A DNA stretch of 57,501 bases from an uncultured Clostridia bacterium (lineage in GTDB: Bacteria; Bacillota; Clostridia; Christensenellales; Borkfalkiaceae), in assembly GCA_937915565.1 (NCBI GenBank), contig CALDMH010000108.1, forward strand, positions 1-57,501. The letters run 5' to 3'. Below, piece after piece: positions 1-9,033 of this stretch. Each line of letters starts with the position of its first letter. Position 1 is the first letter of the stretch. The position numbers and the translations under genes are program-made. The notes beneath the pieces were generated by a model that was given only the letters and a program-made list of their open reading frames with translations, was not told the origin of the DNA and did not search any database.

Positions 1-647
1 ACCTTGTAGAAGAAGCTTACAAATTCGTCGTGGACCAGGTTAAGCAGGATAAAACCGTCCTTTTCGTCGGAACTAAAAAGCAGGCTCAGGAAGCTATCCG
101 CGAAGAAGCGGAAAGATGCGGAATGTATTACGTTAATTCCAGATGGCTCGGCGGTACGTTGACTAACTTCAAAACCATCAAAACGAGAATCGAAAGGCTC
201 AACAAGCTCGACAATATGGAAAAAACGGGCGAATTCGACCTTCTTCCCAAAAAGGAAGTTCTCGGCTTAAAGGCTGAAAGAGATAAGCTTCTTTACAATC
301 TCGGCGGAATCAGAGAGATGAAGAGTCTTCCCGGAGTTATGTTCGTCGTTGACCCCAACTGCGAATTGAACGCCGTTAAGGAAGCGAGAAAACTCGGTAT
401 TCCCGTAGTCGCTATCACCGATACCAACTGCGACCCCGACCTCGTAGACTACGTTATCTCCGGTAACGACGACGCAATCAGAGCGGTTAAACTTATCGCT
501 TCCATAATTGCCGACGCCGTAATCGAAGCTAAACAGGGCGAAGACGCCGTAAGACGCAACGTCGTTGACGAAGAACCTGCCGCAACCGTAGCGGAAGAAG
601 CTCCCGCGGAAGAAGTTCCCGCCGAGGAAGCTCCCGTCGAGGCGTAA
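1..647 (+). CDS. rpsB: 30S ribosomal protein S2 (uS2), 5' end cut by window edge
   Basis: The reading frame stays open to the window edge (codons phase from nt 3, [12 protein letters not shown]...). uS2 core motifs are present ([27 protein letters not shown]). It has an Ala/Glu/Pro-rich acidic tail and is followed by tsf, as in the conserved cluster. Confidence 0.95.
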   Translation, partial: LVEEAYKFVVDQVKQDKTVLFVGTKKQAQEAIREEAERCGMYYVNSRWLGGTLTNFKTIKTRIERLNKLDNMEKTGEFDLLPKKEVLGLKAERDKLLYNLGGIREMKSLPGVMFVVDPNCELNAVKEARKLGIPVVAITDTNCDPDLVDYVISGNDDAIRAVKLIASIIADAVIEAKQGEDAVRRNVVDEEPAATVAEEAPAEEVPAEEAPVEA

Positions 648-793
648 TTCGCTTTGCGGAAAACCGTTAGATAAACACGGAAGCAAAAAGACTTTAAAAA
701 CCGTGACGCGCGGAAGCGAAACCGTGAAATACGGAAGCGAAACGCGGCTCACGGAAGCAAAAGCTTTAAAAATATAATTAAAGGAGAACCAAA

Positions 794-1456
794 ATGGCTA
801 ATTATACGGCAAACGACGTAAAGACGCTCCGCGAAAGAACGGGCGCAGGAATGATGGATTGCAAAAACGCTCTCGTTGAATGCGACGGCGATATGGATAA
901 GGCGATAGATTACCTCAGAGAAAAAGGAATTGCGAAGGCCGCGAAGAAAGCCGGCAGAATCGCAGCCGAAGGTATCGTAGACAGCTACATTCATATGGGC
1001 GGAAGAGTGGGCGTTCTTCTCGAAGTAAACTGCGAAACGGATTTCGTTGCCAACGGAGAAATGTTCAGAACTCTCGTTCACGACATAGCTCTTCAAATTG
1101 CCGCTGCAAATCCGCAGTACGTATGCAAGGAAGAAGTTCCCGAAGAGGTTATCGAAAAAGAGAAGAGCATTTTGAGAGCGCAGGCTCTTGAAGAAGGCAA
1201 ACCCGAAAAAATCGTCGATAAGATGGTTGAAGGAAGAATCAAGACTTTCTACGAAGACAACTGCCTTCTCAATCAGAAGTACGTTAAAGACCCTGCAAAG
1301 ACCATCGAGCAGGTAATTATCGAAGCAACCGCGCAAATCGGCGAAAAGATTTCCGTGAGAAGATTCGTTCGTTACGAAATGGGCGAAGGCCTTCAAAAGA
1401 AGGAGGAAAACCTTGCCGACGAAGTTCAGGCTCAGGTTGCCGCAATGAAAAAATAA
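794..1456 (+). CDS. tsf: translation elongation factor Ts (short form, 220 aa)
   Basis: The N-terminal UBA-like motif [19 protein letters not shown] and the [10 protein letters not shown] motif are present. An AAAGGAG RBS lies 7 nt upstream. Synteny with rpsB and pyrH supports the call. Confidence 0.95.
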   Translation: MANYTANDVKTLRERTGAGMMDCKNALVECDGDMDKAIDYLREKGIAKAAKKAGRIAAEGIVDSYIHMGGRVGVLLEVNCETDFVANGEMFRTLVHDIALQIAAANPQYVCKEEVPEEVIEKEKSILRAQALEEGKPEKIVDKMVEGRIKTFYEDNCLLNQKYVKDPAKTIEQVIIEATAQIGEKISVRRFVRYEMGEGLQKKEENLADEVQAQVAAMKK

Positions 1457-1539
1457 GGGGTTTTCCCCAAACGGGGCGATTACCCCGGACACGTTTAAAC
1501 TCCGATTAAAAAACAATCGGTTTAACGAACGTAAGCAAA

Positions 1540-1572
1540 GGGGCGCGTTATTTTTTACGCGTCCCGTTTTTT
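1540..1572 (+). terminator. rho-independent terminator after tsf
   Basis: Stem GGGGCGCGT/ACGCGTCCC (one mismatch), 8-nt loop, then GTTTTTT. Confidence 0.7.
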
Positions 1573-1602
1573 AGCTCGGTGAGCCGGAAGGAGAAAGATT
1601 CG

Positions 1603-2307
1603 ATGCAGTCAAAATATAAAAGAATCCTGCTTAAAATAAGCGGCGAGGCGCTCTCGGGCGCGGCGGGGCACGGTTTCGATTCGGAATCGCTCAAAAGCGT
1701 TGCGAAACAAATTCTCGATGTTAAAAAGCTCGGGGTTGAAGTGGGCGTAGTCGTCGGCGGCGGAAATATCTGGCGCGGAAGACAAGGGCTCGATATGGAC
1801 AGAGTCACCGCCGACCAGATGGGAATGCTTGCGACGATAATAAACGCGCTTGCCGTTTCGGAAGCTCTGATTTCTGTCGGCGCGGACGCGCGCGTTCTCA
1901 CTTCCGTTTACGTTTCGGGCGTGGGCGAGAAGTTCAATCATAAGGTTGCCGACAGGTATCTTAAAGAAGGCAAAGTCGTCGTGTTCGGCGGCGGAACGGG
2001 CAATCCGTTCTTTTCAACCGATACGGGCGCGTCGCTTAAAGCGGCGGAAATAGGCGCGGACGCGCTTCTTCTCGCAAAAAATATCGACGGAATTTACGAC
2101 AGCGACCCGAAAATCAATCCCGACGCCAAAAAGTTCGATAAGCTTACTTACGACGAGTACGTTGAAAAAGGGCTCAAAGCGATGGACACTTCGGCCGTTA
2201 TTATGTGCAAAGAAAACGGGCTTAAAGTGCACGCGTTCGGGCTTTCCGGTGAAAATTCGATTGTAAAAGCCGTCGCAGGAGATAAAGAAGGCACGGTTAT
2301 TTACTGA
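1603..2307 (+). CDS. pyrH: UMP kinase
   Basis: KRILLKISGEAL and VVGGGNIWRG motifs. The ATG at 1603 is preceded by GGAAGGAGAAAG. The ORF-track start at 1579 (GTG) is probably an upstream extension. Confidence 0.95.
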   Translation: MQSKYKRILLKISGEALSGAAGHGFDSESLKSVAKQILDVKKLGVEVGVVVGGGNIWRGRQGLDMDRVTADQMGMLATIINALAVSEALISVGADARVLTSVYVSGVGEKFNHKVADRYLKEGKVVVFGGGTGNPFFSTDTGASLKAAEIGADALLLAKNIDGIYDSDPKINPDAKKFDKLTYDEYVEKGLKAMDTSAVIMCKENGLKVHAFGLSGENSIVKAVAGDKEGTVIY

Positions 2308-2321
2308 AATTGATGAAAAAA

Positions 2322-2344
2322 TCGCCAAATCGGCGACGTTTTTT
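2322..2344 (+). terminator. weak rho-independent terminator after pyrH
   Basis: Short stem TCGCC/GGCGA followed by CGTTTTTT. Confidence 0.5.
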
Positions 2345-2353
2345 CAAAAACCG

Positions 2354-2382
2354 TTGAAATTTAACGGTAATTGTCGTATAAT
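2354..2382 (+). promoter_or_regulatory. sigma-70-type promoter upstream of frr
   Basis: TTGAAA (2354-2359), a 17-nt spacer, then TATAAT (2377-2382). Confidence 0.6.
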
Positions 2383-2452
2383 ATTTATAGTGATACTATG
2401 CGTCGCGGCGAAAACGAACGCGAAAGCAATTTTGAAACAAGGGAGAATAACA

Positions 2453-3028
2453 ATGGCATTAGATATTGAAAAAGTTGAAATGATAATTATGGAAGCGGAC
2501 GAAAAACTCGAAAAGTCTACCGACGTTTTTATTTCCGACCTTACGCAGGTGAGAGCGGGAAGAGCAAATCCGCATATTCTCGACAAAATCAAGGTTGATT
2601 ATTACGGAACGCTGTCGCCGATAAATCAGGTCGGCAATATCGCCGTCACGGACGGACAGTGTCTCGTTATAACTCCGTGGGATAAAAGCCTTTTGAAAAC
2701 GATTGAAAAAGCTATTCAGGTTTCCGATATAGGCATCAACCCCACCAACGACGGTAACGTTATCAGGCTCGTTTTCCCCACTCTTACGGAAGAGAGGAGA
2801 AAGGAAATCGTAAAGCAGGTTAAGAAAATGACCGAAGACGCGAAGGTAGCCGTGAGAAACGTTCGCAGAGATACGCTCGATTCTCTTAAAAAGATGAATA
2901 AGGCGAAAGAAATGACGGACGACGAGTATGCGAATTACGAGGCGGACGTGGAGAAAAAGGTGACGAAGGCAATCGACAATATCGATAAAGCCGCCGCCGA
3001 AAAAGAAAAGGAGCTTCTCACCGTTTAA
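2453..3028 (+). CDS. frr: ribosome recycling factor
   Basis: The ATG at 2453 follows GGGAGA. Motifs RAGRANPHILD, LTEERRKE and VRNVRRD are present. The length of 191 aa is typical. The ORF-track start at 2354 lies in the promoter. Confidence 0.95.
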   Translation: MALDIEKVEMIIMEADEKLEKSTDVFISDLTQVRAGRANPHILDKIKVDYYGTLSPINQVGNIAVTDGQCLVITPWDKSLLKTIEKAIQVSDIGINPTNDGNVIRLVFPTLTEERRKEIVKQVKKMTEDAKVAVRNVRRDTLDSLKKMNKAKEMTDDEYANYEADVEKKVTKAIDNIDKAAAEKEKELLTV

Positions 3029-3720
3029 TGGAAGAGGTTAAATCCGTTCCGAGGCACGTCGGAATAATTATGGACGGCAACGGGCGATGGGCAACCAAAA
3101 GAGGAAAACCGAGAAGTTACGGGCATAAAAAAGGCGCGGACGTCATTGACGAAGTGGCAACGGCGTGTTTCAATAACGGAGTTGAAGTCGTAAGTCTTTA
3201 CGCATTTTCAACGGAAAACTGGGTAAGGCCGAAAGAGGAGATAGACGCCATTTTCGGTCTTTTGGGTGTTCTTATCGAAAAAAAGCTTGCAAAGCTTATC
3301 AAAAGGGAAGTGAAATTGATAATTTCGGGAGATATTTCTCCGCTTCCCGAAAATTTAAGAAAAAAATGTTTAAACGCAGTTAAAAAGTCCGAAAATTTTA
3401 AAGGCAGAGTTCTGAACGTTGCGCTTAATTACGGCTCGCGCGCCGAAATCGTCCGCGCGGTCAATAAGGCGATTAAAAACGGAAAAACCGAAATCAAGGA
3501 GCAGGACGTTTCCGACGGACTTTATACAAACGGTTTGCCCGACGTCGACCTCGTTATAAGGACGAGCGGAGAATCGAGGCTTAGCAATTTCTTTTTGTGG
3601 CAATGCGCTTACGCGGAATTGTATTTCACCGACGTGTTGTGGCCGGATTTCCACGCCGACGAGCTTGAAAAAGCTCTCGAATGGTATTCGGGAAGAAAAA
3701 GAAGGTTCGGGGGAGTCTGA
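3028..3720 (+). CDS. uppS: isoprenyl transferase (undecaprenyl-diphosphate synthase)
   Basis: Motifs HVGIIMDGNGRWA, AFSTENW and RTSGE.RLSNF. The start overlaps the frr stop (TAATG). Confidence 0.93.
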   Translation: MEEVKSVPRHVGIIMDGNGRWATKRGKPRSYGHKKGADVIDEVATACFNNGVEVVSLYAFSTENWVRPKEEIDAIFGLLGVLIEKKLAKLIKREVKLIISGDISPLPENLRKKCLNAVKKSENFKGRVLNVALNYGSRAEIVRAVNKAIKNGKTEIKEQDVSDGLYTNGLPDVDLVIRTSGESRLSNFFLWQCAYAELYFTDVLWPDFHADELEKALEWYSGRKRRFGGV

Positions 3721-3735
3721 AAGGGTAATTAAGGA

Positions 3736-4644
3736 ATGACTACTATGTTTAAAAGAATATTGACCGGAGCCGGAATAGTTATCGTAACCGTCGGGTTCTT
3801 CTTGCTTAAAAGCTTTTTGACGACGGAGGCTTTCGCAGGGGTTTTTCTTAAACCCGTCACCATAGGCGACCTTTTGTTCGACTTTTTCATTCTCGTTATG
3901 GCGGTTACGTCCACTTTCGAGTACGTTAGAGCGTTTTCGGATAGGCTTTTGCCGAATCAAAAAATCATTATTTTCGTCTATCCCTTCGCGGTGTATATCG
4001 CGTATTGCTTCAAGGGCTTGGGTTGGGCGTTCGGCTCGATGCTTTTCCTGTTTTTGCTTTTGCTTTCGCTGCTCGTTTTCGAGTATGAGAAGATTTCTCT
4101 CGAAAGCATAGGAATAAGCTTGTTCGTGATGATTTACCCTGCGACGATTCTTATCTCTCTTCTCGTAATAAACAGATACCCCACTCTCGAACCGCTTTTG
4201 CTTGCGTTTGCGATAACGCCTTGCGCGGATACGTTCGCGTATTTCGTCGGGAGCGCGGTTAAGGGCAAAAAACTATGCCCGAACATCAGCCCGAATAAAA
4301 CCGTCAGCGGTTTTTGCGGCGGGCTTTTCGGCGGAATGATTGCGAGTATTCTGGTTTACGTTTTGTTCTCCGAAAAAGGAGTAATCTTCGGGACGGACGG
4401 AATTTGGCTGGAAGTGATTATTTTCGCGCTTGCGGGAATCGCGGGGGCGGTGCTTACTGCTTTCGGCGACCTTGTGGAAAGCGTTATCAAAAGAAAACTC
4501 GGAATCAAGGATATGGGTAAAATTTTACCGGGGCACGGCGGAATGAGCGACCGCATCGACGGACTTACGTTCACCGCACCCGTCGTGGCGTTCGTTTTCA
4601 CGGTTTTGATACCGATGTTAAACGGCGGAATCTTCGGCGTGTAA
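3736..4644 (+). CDS. cdsA: phosphatidate cytidylyltransferase
   Basis: Polytopic membrane protein with a CTP-transferase signature (SPNKTVSGF...GDL.ES..KR..GIKD...LPGHGG..DR.D). It sits in the conserved position between uppS and dxr. Confidence 0.85.
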   Translation: MTTMFKRILTGAGIVIVTVGFFLLKSFLTTEAFAGVFLKPVTIGDLLFDFFILVMAVTSTFEYVRAFSDRLLPNQKIIIFVYPFAVYIAYCFKGLGWAFGSMLFLFLLLLSLLVFEYEKISLESIGISLFVMIYPATILISLLVINRYPTLEPLLLAFAITPCADTFAYFVGSAVKGKKLCPNISPNKTVSGFCGGLFGGMIASILVYVLFSEKGVIFGTDGIWLEVIIFALAGIAGAVLTAFGDLVESVIKRKLGIKDMGKILPGHGGMSDRIDGLTFTAPVVAFVFTVLIPMLNGGIFGV

Positions 4645-4762
4645 ACCGAGGGGTAAACGGATTTTTCGGCATATAAACCGAGGATTAAACGATATTTTCG
4701 GCGTATAAAACCGAGGATTAGATGAAATTTTCGGCGTATAAAACCGAGGTTTAAAGAATAAA
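4631..4762. repeat. four tandem copies of a 32-33-bp unit (TTTTCGGCRTATAAAACCGAGGATTAnAnnAnA)
   Basis: TTCGGC recurs at 4633, 4665, 4697 and 4730 (period 32, 32, 33). The first copy is the last 12 nt of cdsA plus its stop codon. A partial fifth copy lies at 4781-4790. Confidence 0.85.
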
Positions 4763-4896
4763 ATGTATAACGGGGATGCCGATTTTCGGCGAGAACGTCG
4801 GCCGGTTTGCCAGCCAGGGATAAAACGAATCGTGGCTTGGCGGCGTGTTTCGAGCCGGCATAATCGCGGAGGGCAAACCCGTTTTTTAGTTGAATT

Positions 4897-6036
4897 ATGA
4901 TAAATATTTCTTTGATAGGAAGCACGGGTTCTATCGGCAGACAGGTAGCGGAAGTCGTGCTTCGGCATAAAGACAAATTTCGCCTGATAAGCCTTGCCGC
5001 CGGCAGCAACGCAAAGCTTTTGGAGCAACAGGCGAACCTTTTCAAGCCCGAAATTATCGCTCTTGCCAATCCCGAAAGGGCGTCCGAAATAAGAGAACTG
5101 CCAAAGGGAACGACGCTTTACACCGGCGAACACGCCCTTTTGCACGCCGTGAGCGAAAAAGCGGATATAGTTTTCGTTGCGGTTTCGGGGTTTGCGGGGC
5201 TTGCGCCCGTTCTCGAAGCGATTTCAATGGGTAAAAACGTCGCGCTTGCAAACAAGGAAACTCTCGTTGCGGGCGGAGAAATCGTTATGCGGCTGGCAAA
5301 GGAAAAGGGCGTTAAAATTATCCCCGTGGACAGCGAACATTCGGCGATTTTCCAGTGCCTCGGGTTTAATCCCGAAGCGGAATTCAGAAAATTGATAATA
5401 ACGGCAAGCGGCGGAGCGTTCCGCGATTTGCCGAAGGATAAAATCGAAAAAATGAAGGCGGCGGACGCTCTTCGTCACCCGAATTGGAATATGGGCAAAA
5501 AGATAACGATAGATTGCGCCACGCTTTTGAACAAAGGGCTCGAAGTTATCGAAGCTTGCAGGCTTTATAACGCGCCGCTCGAAAAGGTGGAGGCTATCGT
5601 TCATCCGGAAAGCATAATACATTCTATGGTGGAATTTTGCGACGGCGCAATTATGGCGCAACTCGGTTATCCGTCGATGGAAATACCCATTCAGCTTGCG
5701 CTTACTTATCCGAAGAGATTGGAAACGGGCGTTCCGTTTTTGTCGCTTGCGGGGAAATCGCTTAATTTTGCCGAAATAGACGGCGACAGGTTTCCTTGCT
5801 TCTCGCTCGCGCTCGACGCGTTTAAAAAAGGCGGGTTATACCCTTGCGCTATGAATGCTGCCAACGAGGTGGCCGTGGAACTTTACCTTAAAGACAAAAT
5901 AAAATTTTATGATATACCGGAGCTTATTTCTCACTCAACCGAAAACGCGAAAAACGGCGACGTAACCTATAAATCGCTCGTTGAAACGGACGCGGAAGCG
6001 AGAAGAGCGGTGTATGAAAAAGCGGAGAGTTTATAA
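4897..6036 (+). CDS. dxr: 1-deoxy-D-xylulose-5-phosphate reductoisomerase
   Basis: Motifs LIGSTGSIG, LANKE, SEHSAIFQC and HPNWNMG. The full length is 379 aa. No obvious Shine-Dalgarno sequence precedes the ATG. Confidence 0.95.
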   Translation: MINISLIGSTGSIGRQVAEVVLRHKDKFRLISLAAGSNAKLLEQQANLFKPEIIALANPERASEIRELPKGTTLYTGEHALLHAVSEKADIVFVAVSGFAGLAPVLEAISMGKNVALANKETLVAGGEIVMRLAKEKGVKIIPVDSEHSAIFQCLGFNPEAEFRKLIITASGGAFRDLPKDKIEKMKAADALRHPNWNMGKKITIDCATLLNKGLEVIEACRLYNAPLEKVEAIVHPESIIHSMVEFCDGAIMAQLGYPSMEIPIQLALTYPKRLETGVPFLSLAGKSLNFAEIDGDRFPCFSLALDAFKKGGLYPCAMNAANEVAVELYLKDKIKFYDIPELISHSTENAKNGDVTYKSLVETDAEARRAVYEKAESL

Positions 6037-7455
6037 TTGTTAAATAATCTTCTGGGAAGCGGTTTTGCTTCCGCAATGCAAACGGCGTTATACGTTTTGC
6101 TCGCCATACTTATGCTTATGGTTATGATAACCGTGCACGAGCTGGGGCATTATATCGTCGGCAAGATATTCAAATTCAAAATAAACGAATTTTCCATAGG
6201 AATGGGCCCTGCCGTTTTCAAAAAGAAGCTCAAAAGCGGCGAATTTTTTTCCATAAGGCTTTTGCCGCTCGGCGGATTTTGCGCTTTTGAGGGCGAGGAC
6301 GACGATAAGGACGACCCGAACGCCTTCAACAACAAGAAGCCTTGGCAAAGAATTCTCGTTCTCGTTGCGGGGGCTACGATGAACTATATTCTCGCGCTTA
6401 TTATCATTTTCGTAATGATGTTCTCTTACGGGCAAACGACGATAGGCGTTAAGTATCCGCGCTATGACGCGGCAATTTACGGAGAGGAGATTGAAACGCA
6501 AATCCCAGCCGATAAGTCGATTAACGCGGGAGAATACGTTTTATCGATAACGAAAAACGGCAAAAAAACCGACGTCATTATGACGGTGGATTTGATAACC
6601 GCGCTCAATCACTCGAAGCGCGGCGAAAAGGTTGTCGTCGAACTTGTGAGCGGCGGCGAAAAAGTGAAAAGGGAAATTATTCTCCGTTCCGACGTGGAGT
6701 GTAAAAACCTCACGGAAGTCACCAAGGCTTACGACGCTCTCGGCGTCGGTTACGCTATGCAACTTAAAGTTAAGGAAGGCGCGAAAACTCCGTTTAAGGA
6801 CGGCGACTTCCTGATAAAAATCGGCGATTATAGTAATTCGAGTTATTCGCAAGCAACTTTCGTTTACACGCCCGAGGACGTTGCGAAGGTGCTTGAAAGT
6901 AAGCAATATGGCGATACGCTTTATTTTTGGACGTCCAAAGACGAGAAGTACGTTTATTATTTGCCGTACGATTGGAAATACGTTGAAAAAACGGGCGAAA
7001 GCGTGATGGATTTCCTCGGGATAGAGGAAAGCGGAAGAAGTTATTATCTTCAAACGGCGGATATACGGCTCGGATTTTTCACGACGATAGGTCATTCGTT
7101 TGAATATTCCTTCAAAATCGGCGGAACGGTTTTGAGAACGTTAGGTCAGCTTCTCACGGGCAAACTCGGGTTAAACGCCGTCGGCGGAACTATCACCACG
7201 ATAAAAACCACGTCCGAAGTCATCAGTTACGGGCTTAAATACGCATTGGAAATTATGGCGTTTATCGGCGTAAACCTTGCGGTGTTCAATTTGCTTCCCA
7301 TTCCCGCGCTCGACGGGGCGAGAGTGGTTTTCTGTATAATCGAATGGATAAGGAAAAAACCGGTGAGCAGAAAAGCGGAAGCGATAATTCACGGCGTGGG
7401 GCTTATCGTGATTTTAGGCTTTGCGATTCTCGTGGATATTCTTCAATTTATTTAA
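6037..7455 (+). CDS. rseP: site-2 (RIP) zinc metalloprotease, RseP/RasP family
   Basis: HELGHY zinc motif in TM1, a C-terminal NLLPIPALDG motif, and a long central PDZ-type insert. A TTG start at 6037 lies 7 nt after GGAGAG. An alternative ATG is at 6076. Confidence 0.85.
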   Translation: MLNNLLGSGFASAMQTALYVLLAILMLMVMITVHELGHYIVGKIFKFKINEFSIGMGPAVFKKKLKSGEFFSIRLLPLGGFCAFEGEDDDKDDPNAFNNKKPWQRILVLVAGATMNYILALIIIFVMMFSYGQTTIGVKYPRYDAAIYGEEIETQIPADKSINAGEYVLSITKNGKKTDVIMTVDLITALNHSKRGEKVVVELVSGGEKVKREIILRSDVECKNLTEVTKAYDALGVGYAMQLKVKEGAKTPFKDGDFLIKIGDYSNSSYSQATFVYTPEDVAKVLESKQYGDTLYFWTSKDEKYVYYLPYDWKYVEKTGESVMDFLGIEESGRSYYLQTADIRLGFFTTIGHSFEYSFKIGGTVLRTLGQLLTGKLGLNAVGGTITTIKTTSEVISYGLKYALEIMAFIGVNLAVFNLLPIPALDGARVVFCIIEWIRKKPVSRKAEAIIHGVGLIVILGFAILVDILQFI

Positions 7456-7504
7456 GTCGGGTTATAACGGCCGAGCGAAAAATCGGACGGAAATACGAAA
7501 AAAA

Positions 7505-7520
7505 CGAATGAAATCCCTAG
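7505..7520 (-). repeat. solo copy of the terminal inverted repeat of the 37402-37696 element
   Basis: The reverse complement CTAGGGATTTCATTCG matches 37401-37416 (CTAGGGATTTCATTTG) at 15 of 16 positions. Confidence 0.5.
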
Positions 7521-7542
7521 AAATACAATTCGATATTTTTTA

Positions 7543-7587
7543 GCGGCGGCGGGATTGCGGTTTTCCACAATCCCGCCGCCGCATTTT
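7543..7587 (+). terminator. rho-independent terminator after rseP
   Basis: 15-bp stem GCGGCGGCGGGATTG/CAATCCCGCCGCCGC followed by ATTTTG. Confidence 0.8.
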
Positions 7588-7622
7588 GCGCCAAGGTGTG
7601 CCGTGCCGAGAATAAAACGCAC

Positions 7623-7725
7623 CGTAAATAAAGCCACGCCGTAAAGCAGCGTCGTAAAGCCGAATCGTAAATAAAACCACGCCGTAAAGCAACTTTGTAA
7701 AGCCACGTCGTAAATAAAGCCGCGG
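7623..7725. repeat. 2.4 tandem copies of a 43-bp unit built from CGTAAA(TAA)AGCC sub-repeats
   Basis: CGTAAATAAA occurs at 7623, 7666 and 7709 (period 43). Confidence 0.8.
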
Positions 7726-7756
7726 TTCGTTTTATTTTCGGTCGACAATAATTCTA

Positions 7757-7785
7757 TTGACATAAAATCGGCGTAATGTTATAAT
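7757..7785 (+). promoter_or_regulatory. sigma-70-type promoter with extended -10, upstream of the aminotransferase gene
   Basis: TTGACA (7757-7762), a 17-nt spacer, then TGtTATAAT (-10 at 7780-7785). Confidence 0.65.
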
Positions 7786-7821
7786 TTATCATATAAATCC
7801 GAGTGGAATCGAGGACGAATT

Positions 7822-9033
7822 ATGGAAATAAAGCTTACGAAAAGGGTTGAAGGAATTGCCGAATCGGCAACGCTTGCAATCTCGGCAAAAGCAAAAAAAA
7901 TGATGGCCGAGGGGCGCGACGTCGTGAATTTCGGCGTGGGCGAGCCCGACTTCAACACGCCCGATTATATCGTCGAAGCCGCAATTAAGGCGATGCGTGA
8001 CGGAAAAACCAAATACACCCCCGCTTCGGGCATTCCGGAACTTAAAAAAGCCGTAGTCGAGGATAGATTCAGGGCGACGGGGATAGAATATTCTCCCGAG
8101 CAAGTGGTTGTCGGCACGGGCGCAAAACAGCCGCTTTATAACGCCGTGGCCTGCCTTGCGGAAGAGGGCGACGAGGTTATAGTTCCCTCGCCTTATTGGG
8201 TAACTTACCCCGAACTCGTTAAATATTGCGGCGCAAAATGCGTTTTTGCGGTGACGAAACCCGAAAACGGTTACAAAATGACCGCCGAGGAACTTGAAAA
8301 CGCAATTACGCCGAAAACCAGATTGCTTATTCTCAATTCTCCGAACAACCCCACCGGCGCGGTGTATTCCGAAAGCGAACTGTCTGCGCTCGTCAAGGTT
8401 CTCGAAAAGCATAAGAACGTTTTCGTTATCGCAGACGAAATTTATCGCAATCTCGTTTACGGCGAGCATAAACACGTTTCCATCGCGTCGTTTAGCGAAG
8501 AAATGAAATCGAGAACGATAATTATAGACGGAATGAGTAAATCGTATTCGATGACGGGTTGGCGGCTCGGTTGGGCAATCGCACCCGAAAAAATCGCCAA
8601 AGCGATGGGAAGAGCGCAAAGTCACGTCACTTCAAACGCCAATTCCATAGCGCAATACGCCTCTCTTGCGGCGTTGACGAACGTGGAAAAATCGGACGCT
8701 TTTATTTCGGATATGCGGAAAACCTTTGCGAAAAGAAGGCTCGCGGCGATTGAAAAGCTCGAAGAGGGCGGCGCAAAGTTCATTATGCCGGAGGGCGCGT
8801 TTTACGTTTTTATAGACGTTTCTTCGGCGTTCGGAAAAACTTCCGAGGGCGGTAAAATTATAGAAAATTCCACTGATTTTGCCACTGCGCTTTTAGAGGA
8901 AAGAGGCGTTGCGGTCGTTACCGGCTCGGCGTTCGGCGCGGACGATTACGTCAGAATTTCTTATGCGATAAGCGAAGAGGCGTTGAAAAAGGGAATTGAA
9001 ATACTTTGCGATTTTTTAAGGAGGGCGAAATGA
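7822..9033 (+). CDS. PLP-dependent aminotransferase class I, aspartate aminotransferase-like
   Basis: Motifs [13 protein letters not shown] and the PLP-lysine motif [12 protein letters not shown]. Length is 403 aa. Confidence 0.85.
   Translation: MEIKLTKRVEGIAESATLAISAKAKKMMAEGRDVVNFGVGEPDFNTPDYIVEAAIKAMRDGKTKYTPASGIPELKKAVVEDRFRATGIEYSPEQVVVGTGAKQPLYNAVACLAEEGDEVIVPSPYWVTYPELVKYCGAKCVFAVTKPENGYKMTAEELENAITPKTRLLILNSPNNPTGAVYSESELSALVKVLEKHKNVFVIADEIYRNLVYGEHKHVSIASFSEEMKSRTIIIDGMSKSYSMTGWRLGWAIAPEKIAKAMGRAQSHVTSNANSIAQYASLAALTNVEKSDAFISDMRKTFAKRRLAAIEKLEEGGAKFIMPEGAFYVFIDVSSAFGKTSEGGKIIENSTDFATALLEERGVAVVTGSAFGADDYVRISYAISEEALKKGIEILCDFLRRAK

Noticed and set aside
2354-2452. N-terminal extensions suggested by the ORF track: frr from 2354, pyrH from 1579, fhs from 9006, uxaC from 16411, rpsU from 17886, response regulator from 21471, padR from 24223, rhaM from 27376, oxidoreductase from 51913.
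   Set aside because: In each case an internal ATG is preceded by a GGAGG-like RBS at the correct spacing and gives the canonical protein N-terminus. The extensions overlap promoters or terminators, or encode hydrophobic AT-rich sequence.
4631-4762. Whether any of the tandem arrays (4631, 7623, 10745, 11846, 12249, 27675, 29018) could be CRISPR arrays.
   Set aside because: The units are directly adjacent, degenerate copies with no unique spacers between them. Periods are 11-43 bp, there are only 2-5 copies, and no cas genes are present.
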